Shown: positions 28,052 to 32,000 of the stretch, one piece after another
Layout of the letters: each line of letters begins with the position of its first letter
How positions within the stretch are numbered: position 1 is the stretch's first letter
Assembly: GCF_000195955.2 (NCBI RefSeq)
Contig: NC_000962.3
Location: 2,190,001 to 2,222,000 of the forward strand
DNA: 32,000 bases
Reading direction: 5' to 3'
From: Mycobacterium tuberculosis H37Rv
GTDB taxonomy: Bacteria; Actinomycetota; Actinomycetes; Mycobacteriales; Mycobacteriaceae
Notes under the pieces: model-generated
What the model saw: only the letters and a program-made list of their open reading frames with translations
Database searches by the model: none
Told to the model about the DNA's origin: nothing
Program-made: the position numbers and the translations under genes

Positions 28052-28717
28052 ATGTCGCGTCGAGCATCGGCCACGTGTGCCTTGTCCGCGACCACCGCCG
28101 TCGCCATAATGGCTGCTCCCGCCGCACGGGCCGACGACAAGCGGCTCAACGACGGCGTGGTCGCCAACGTCTACACCGTTCAACGTCAGGCCGGCTGCAC
28201 CAACGACGTCACGATCAACCCGCAACTACAATTGGCCGCCCAATGGCACACCCTCGATCTGCTGAACAACCGGCACCTCAACGACGACACCGGTTCTGAC
28301 GGATCCACACCGCAAGACCGCGCGCATGCCGCCGGCTTCCGCGGGAAAGTCGCTGAAACCGTGGCGATCAATCCCGCCGTAGCGATCAGCGGCATCGAGT
28401 TGATAAACCAGTGGTACTACAACCCCGCGTTTTTCGCGATCATGTCCGACTGCGCCAACACCCAGATCGGGGTGTGGTCAGAAAACAGCCCGGATCGCAC
28501 CGTCGTGGTGGCCGTTTACGGACAGCCCGATCGACCTTCCGCGATGCCGCCCAGGGGAGCGGTAACCGGACCGCCGTCCCCGGTGGCCGCGCAAGAGAAC
28601 GTTCCTATCGACCCCAGCCCCGACTACGACGCCAGCGACGAGATCGAATACGGCATCAACTGGCTGCCATGGATCCTGCGCGGCGTGTACCCGCCGCCCG
28701 CAATGCCGCCGCAGTAG
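28052..28717 (+). CDS. Secreted CAP/SCP-like domain protein (Rv1975-like)
   Basis: Signal peptide MSRRASATCALSATTAVAIMAAPAARA; CAP-like pattern AAQWHTLDLLNNRHLNDDTGSDGSTPQDRAHAAGF ... WYYNPAFFAIMSDCANTQIGVW. Confidence 0.8.
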   Translation: MSRRASATCALSATTAVAIMAAPAARADDKRLNDGVVANVYTVQRQAGCTNDVTINPQLQLAAQWHTLDLLNNRHLNDDTGSDGSTPQDRAHAAGFRGKVAETVAINPAVAISGIELINQWYYNPAFFAIMSDCANTQIGVWSENSPDRTVVVAVYGQPDRPSAMPPRGAVTGPPSPVAAQENVPIDPSPDYDASDEIEYGINWLPWILRGVYPPPAMPPQ

Positions 28718-28843
28718 GCGGTCGCTAGCGCACCGCTGAGTTCCGCGGCTGCCAGATCTGGGCCGGGCACCGGAGATTAACCGCGTGGGAGACCGGCAGT
28801 TCCAGCAGCGCATCTGAGGCGTCTTCGATCGCCGGAGCCCTAA

Positions 28844-29251
28844 TCACTGCGTGCGGCGGGCCGCGTTCGACCCGCGCGGGTCGATAAGGTCACGGAACCG
28901 TTCTGCCGGGTAGACTGCCGCACCCAAGTCTCGGACCCGGTCGGTCAACGCTTTGTCCGATGTCACCACACGAATCTCTTGTGGCTGGGCGCCGGATCGG
29001 ACCAGCCGGACGATCTCGTCGTCGGCCGAGTTGGCGGCCGCCTTGGGCGCATGCGCCACTTCGACCACCGATGACGGGATGGCGGTCGACGGCGGCCGCT
29101 CGAACACCACCGTCACGTCGTCGCCCCGAGCCTTGGTGATGGCCCACCCCTCGAGCCTTTCCACCAGCATCACCATCGCGCGATGGCGGTCGCGCCACCA
29201 ACCATCCGGACGACTTCCGATCACGTTCATACCGTCGACAATCCACCGCAC
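28844..29251 (-). CDS. YacP-like NYN/PIN-fold putative ribonuclease (Rv1976c-like)
   Basis: MRWIVDGMNVIGSRPDGWWRDR ... ANSADDEIVRLVRSG ... IRVVTSDKALTDRVRDLGAAVYPAERF. Confidence 0.8.
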   Translation of the reverse strand: MRWIVDGMNVIGSRPDGWWRDRHRAMVMLVERLEGWAITKARGDDVTVVFERPPSTAIPSSVVEVAHAPKAAANSADDEIVRLVRSGAQPQEIRVVTSDKALTDRVRDLGAAVYPAERFRDLIDPRGSNAARRTQ

Positions 29252-29753
29252 ACCTCACGGTACGACGGCGCCACCTCACCGCGTGTGTCGACGCCGGCTA
29301 TGCGTTTGCCGCACTACCACCATCTGCGCTTTCGGTGCTTCTTCAGCTCTTGCTGGAACTTCTGGTAATGCTCCAGCGCGAATCGCTCTTCCAAAGCCCC
29401 AAGGGCGTTAATGACCTCGGGATCTTTGACCCCAGGGGTCGATGGCCAATCTCAGGTTGGTAAATCGGGTGCTCAGATCGGCCCTCCGGACCAGGTTGTC
29501 GCCTGGGCAGATGTGCGCTCGCTAACCGCCAACTCACTTTCAAACTACGCTGCGAGTTGTGAGCGTAATGTCAGTGATCTGACGGCAAAGGTCACGGATT
29601 TCGTCGAGCAGATGGACGGTATTTCGCGAAAAGCGGTTCGACCTACTGGCTCCTGGTGTGTGGCCTCCCAGGGTGCTGGGCTGCGGTTTCGCCAACCAAC
29701 CTGCTGGTCGGCGCGCCGTATTCTGAAGACCGGACCAACGAGGGGACCGAGCC

Positions 29754-30800
29754 ATGTCTCAGACACCCGCTACAACCCGCAAAACGTTTCCCGAGATCAG
29801 CTCAAGAGCGTGGGAGCACCCCGCCGACCGGACCGCCCTTTCCGCGCTGCGCCGGCTCAAAGGCTTCGACCAGATCTTGAAGCTGATGTCGGGGATGTTG
29901 CGGGAACGGCAGCACCGGCTGCTGTACCTGGCCAGCGCGGCACGGGTCGGGCCGCGGCAGTTCGCCGACCTCGACGCGCTGCTGGACGAATGCGTGGATG
30001 TGCTGGACGCGTCGGCGAAACCCGAACTCTACGTGATGCAGTCACCAATCGCGGATGCCTTCACCATCGGCATGGGCAAGCCATTCACCGTGATCACCTC
30101 GGGGCTGTACGACCTGGTGACACACGACGAGATGCGGTTCGTGATGGGCCACGAGCTCGGCCACGCACTGTCCGGCCACGCGGTGTACCGCACGATGATG
30201 ATGCATCTGCTGCGGTTGGCCCGGTCATTCGGCGTCTTGCCGGTTGGCGGCTGGGCGCTGCGCGCAATCGTGGCTGCGCTGCTGGAATGGCAGCGCAAAT
30301 CGGAGCTGTCCGGCGATCGCGCTGGGTTGCTGTGCGCGCAGGATTTGGACACCGCGCTCAGGGTGGAGATGAAGCTCGCTGGCGGCTGCCGGCTGGACAA
30401 GCTGGACTCGGAGGCCTTCTTGGCTCAGGCCCGGGAATACGAGACATCCGGCGATATGCGCGACGGGGTGCTCAAGCTGCTCAACCTGGAGCTGCAGACC
30501 CATCCGTTCTCTGTGCTGCGGGCTGCCGCCTTGACTCACTGGGTGGACACCGGCGGCTATGCCAAGGTGATAGCCGGCGAGTACCCGCGTCGGGCCGACG
30601 ACGGCAACGCCAAATTTGCAGACGACCTTGGCGCGGCCGCCCGGTACTACCGGGACGGCTTCGACCAGTCCAACGACCCGCTGATCAAAGGTATCCGCGA
30701 CGGATTCGGTGGCATCGTCGAGGGCGTGGGACGGGCAGCCTCGAACGCGGCCGATTCATTGGGCCGCAAGATCACCGAGTGGCGGCAGCCCTCGAAGTGA
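29754..30800 (+). CDS. M48-family zinc metalloprotease (Rv1977-like)
   Basis: HExxH motif FVMGHELGHALSGHAVYR; long frame open to 30800. Confidence 0.93.
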   Translation: MSQTPATTRKTFPEISSRAWEHPADRTALSALRRLKGFDQILKLMSGMLRERQHRLLYLASAARVGPRQFADLDALLDECVDVLDASAKPELYVMQSPIADAFTIGMGKPFTVITSGLYDLVTHDEMRFVMGHELGHALSGHAVYRTMMMHLLRLARSFGVLPVGGWALRAIVAALLEWQRKSELSGDRAGLLCAQDLDTALRVEMKLAGGCRLDKLDSEAFLAQAREYETSGDMRDGVLKLLNLELQTHPFSVLRAAALTHWVDTGGYAKVIAGEYPRRADDGNAKFADDLGAAARYYRDGFDQSNDPLIKGIRDGFGGIVEGVGRAASNAADSLGRKITEWRQPSK

Positions 30801-30907
30801 CGGCCCCTCTGCTACGTAGCTAAGCACGCGCGACCGGCGGGCTGGGGAGCCCGGTCAGCGGTCTCATAGCATTGCGAACACGGGACGTCGAGAGGGGAAG
30901 AGCTGCC

Positions 30908-31756
30908 ATGGGTGAGGCGAACATCCGCGAGCAGGCGATCGCCACGATGCCACGGGGTGGCCCCGACGCGTCTTGGCTGGATCGTCGATTCCAGACCGAC
31001 GCACTGGAGTACCTCGACCGCGACGATGTGCCCGATGAGGTCAAACAGAAGATCATCGGGGTGCTCGACCGGGTGGGCACCCTGACCAACCTGCACGAGA
31101 AGTACGCCCGGATAGCCCTGAAACTTGTTTCTGACATTCCCAACCCGCGAATCCTGGAACTTGGTGCGGGCCATGGCAAGCTCTCAGCGAAAATCCTCGA
31201 GCTACACCCGACAGCGACGGTGACGATCAGCGATCTAGATCCCACCTCGGTGGCCAACATCGCCGCGGGAGAGCTGGGAACACATCCGCGAGCACGCACC
31301 CAAGTGATCGACGCCACCGCAATCGACGGCCACGACCACAGCTATGACCTGGCGGTCTTCGCGCTGGCATTTCACCACCTGCCGCCTACGGTCGCCTGCA
31401 AAGCGATCGCCGAGGCCACCCGGGTGGGGAAGCGCTTTCTGATCATCGACCTCAAACGGCAGAAACCGCTGTCGTTCACGCTCTCTTCGGTGCTGCTACT
31501 GCCGCTCCACCTACTGCTGCTGCCATGGTCGTCGATGCGCTCGAGCATGCACGACGGCTTTATCAGCGCACTACGTGCCTACAGTCCCTCGGCGTTGCAG
31601 ACGCTTGCCCGCGCCGCCGATCCGGGAATGCAGGTTGAAATCTTGCCCGCACCGACCAGGCTATTCCCGCCATCGCTCGCCGTTGTGTTCTCCCGTTCGA
31701 GCTCAGCGCCAACGGAATCTAGCGAGTGCTCGGCCGATCGCCAACCCGGCGAATGA
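30908..31756 (+). CDS. SAM-dependent class I methyltransferase (Rv1978-like)
   Basis: Motif I ILELGAGHGKLSAKIL, TVTISDLDPTSVANIA, FALAFHHLPP. Confidence 0.9.
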   Translation: MGEANIREQAIATMPRGGPDASWLDRRFQTDALEYLDRDDVPDEVKQKIIGVLDRVGTLTNLHEKYARIALKLVSDIPNPRILELGAGHGKLSAKILELHPTATVTISDLDPTSVANIAAGELGTHPRARTQVIDATAIDGHDHSYDLAVFALAFHHLPPTVACKAIAEATRVGKRFLIIDLKRQKPLSFTLSSVLLLPLHLLLLPWSSMRSSMHDGFISALRAYSPSALQTLARAADPGMQVEILPAPTRLFPPSLAVVFSRSSSAPTESSECSADRQPGE

Positions 31757-32000
31757 TTCGGTAGTAGTGCAGATAAGCCATCGCCGGTACCACGATGAAC
31801 GTGATCACGATCAAAGCAATCGAGAAGTAGTTCGGACCACCCCGCACTAGAAAGATGCAGCGGTAGTCGTAGGACACTGCCAGCCCAACCGAGACCACGA
31901 TCGCAACAAGCGGTAACACCTTGTCGGTGAACGCATTTCGCCGCACAGCAGCATGTTCTACTGCCTGAGACCTCGCCAATGCGATGAGAGCGATCGGCAC
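31719..32000 (-). CDS. C-terminal part of an amino-acid permease (Rv1979c-like), 5' end outside window
   Basis: Hydrophobic TM segments VLPLVAIVVSVGLAVSYDY and YFSIALIVITFIVVPAMAYLHYYRI; convergent 38-bp overlap with the methyltransferase gene. Confidence 0.8.
   Translation of the reverse strand: MPIALIALARSQAVEHAAVRRNAFTDKVLPLVAIVVSVGLAVSYDYRCIFLVRGGPNYFSIALIVITFIVVPAMAYLHYYRIIRRVGDRPSTR

Noticed and set aside
29411-30823. 470-aa plus-strand ORF overlapping Rv1977
   Set aside because: It is the +2 shadow frame of the M48 metalloprotease gene. Arg/Gly/Ala-rich composition with no motif past ~100 aa is a typical high-GC artefact.
1-32000. CRISPR array, rRNA/tRNA genes, complete IS element
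   Set aside because: No regularly spaced direct repeats, no RNA gene signatures and no transposase ORF were seen. The 13E12 protein is a repeat-family gene rather than evidence of an intact transposon here.

Overview
The window looks like a Mycobacterium tuberculosis-complex chromosome segment with mce3/RD7 intact. From remembered H37Rv gene order it corresponds to about Rv1937 to Rv1979c; locus tags and symbols come from memory plus visible protein motifs, and no database search was run. Part 1 (1-4434) is a translationally coupled metabolic operon: FAD-dependent oxygenase fragment, ephB, flavin reductase, ribA1, SDR. Part 2 (4644-15549) is an accessory island dense in toxin-antitoxin genes: mazEF5, vapBC14, higBA1 with its SecB-like chaperone, parDE1, vapBC35. 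It also holds a 13E12/HNH gene and several decayed genes. Part 3 (15582-28717) is mce3R and the mce3 operon with downstream secreted proteins. Part 4 (28844-32000) has an NYN/YacP-like protein, an M48 peptidase, a methyltransferase and a permease 3' end. The most interesting signals are: (a) frameshifted, nonsense-interrupted remnants at 7685-8627 and 14365-14813 that resemble the N-terminal region of DISARM DrmA-type helicases; (b) a type VII secretion-style toxin/partner/immunity locus at 8714-10486 whose toxin is split by an apparent 1-nt frameshift; (c) a DUF433-like antitoxin remnant at 7451-7663; (d) VapC14 truncated into the higBA operator; (e) a RibA1 paralogue missing key catalytic motifs; (f) a duplicated AT-rich segment between mce3R and yrbE3A.
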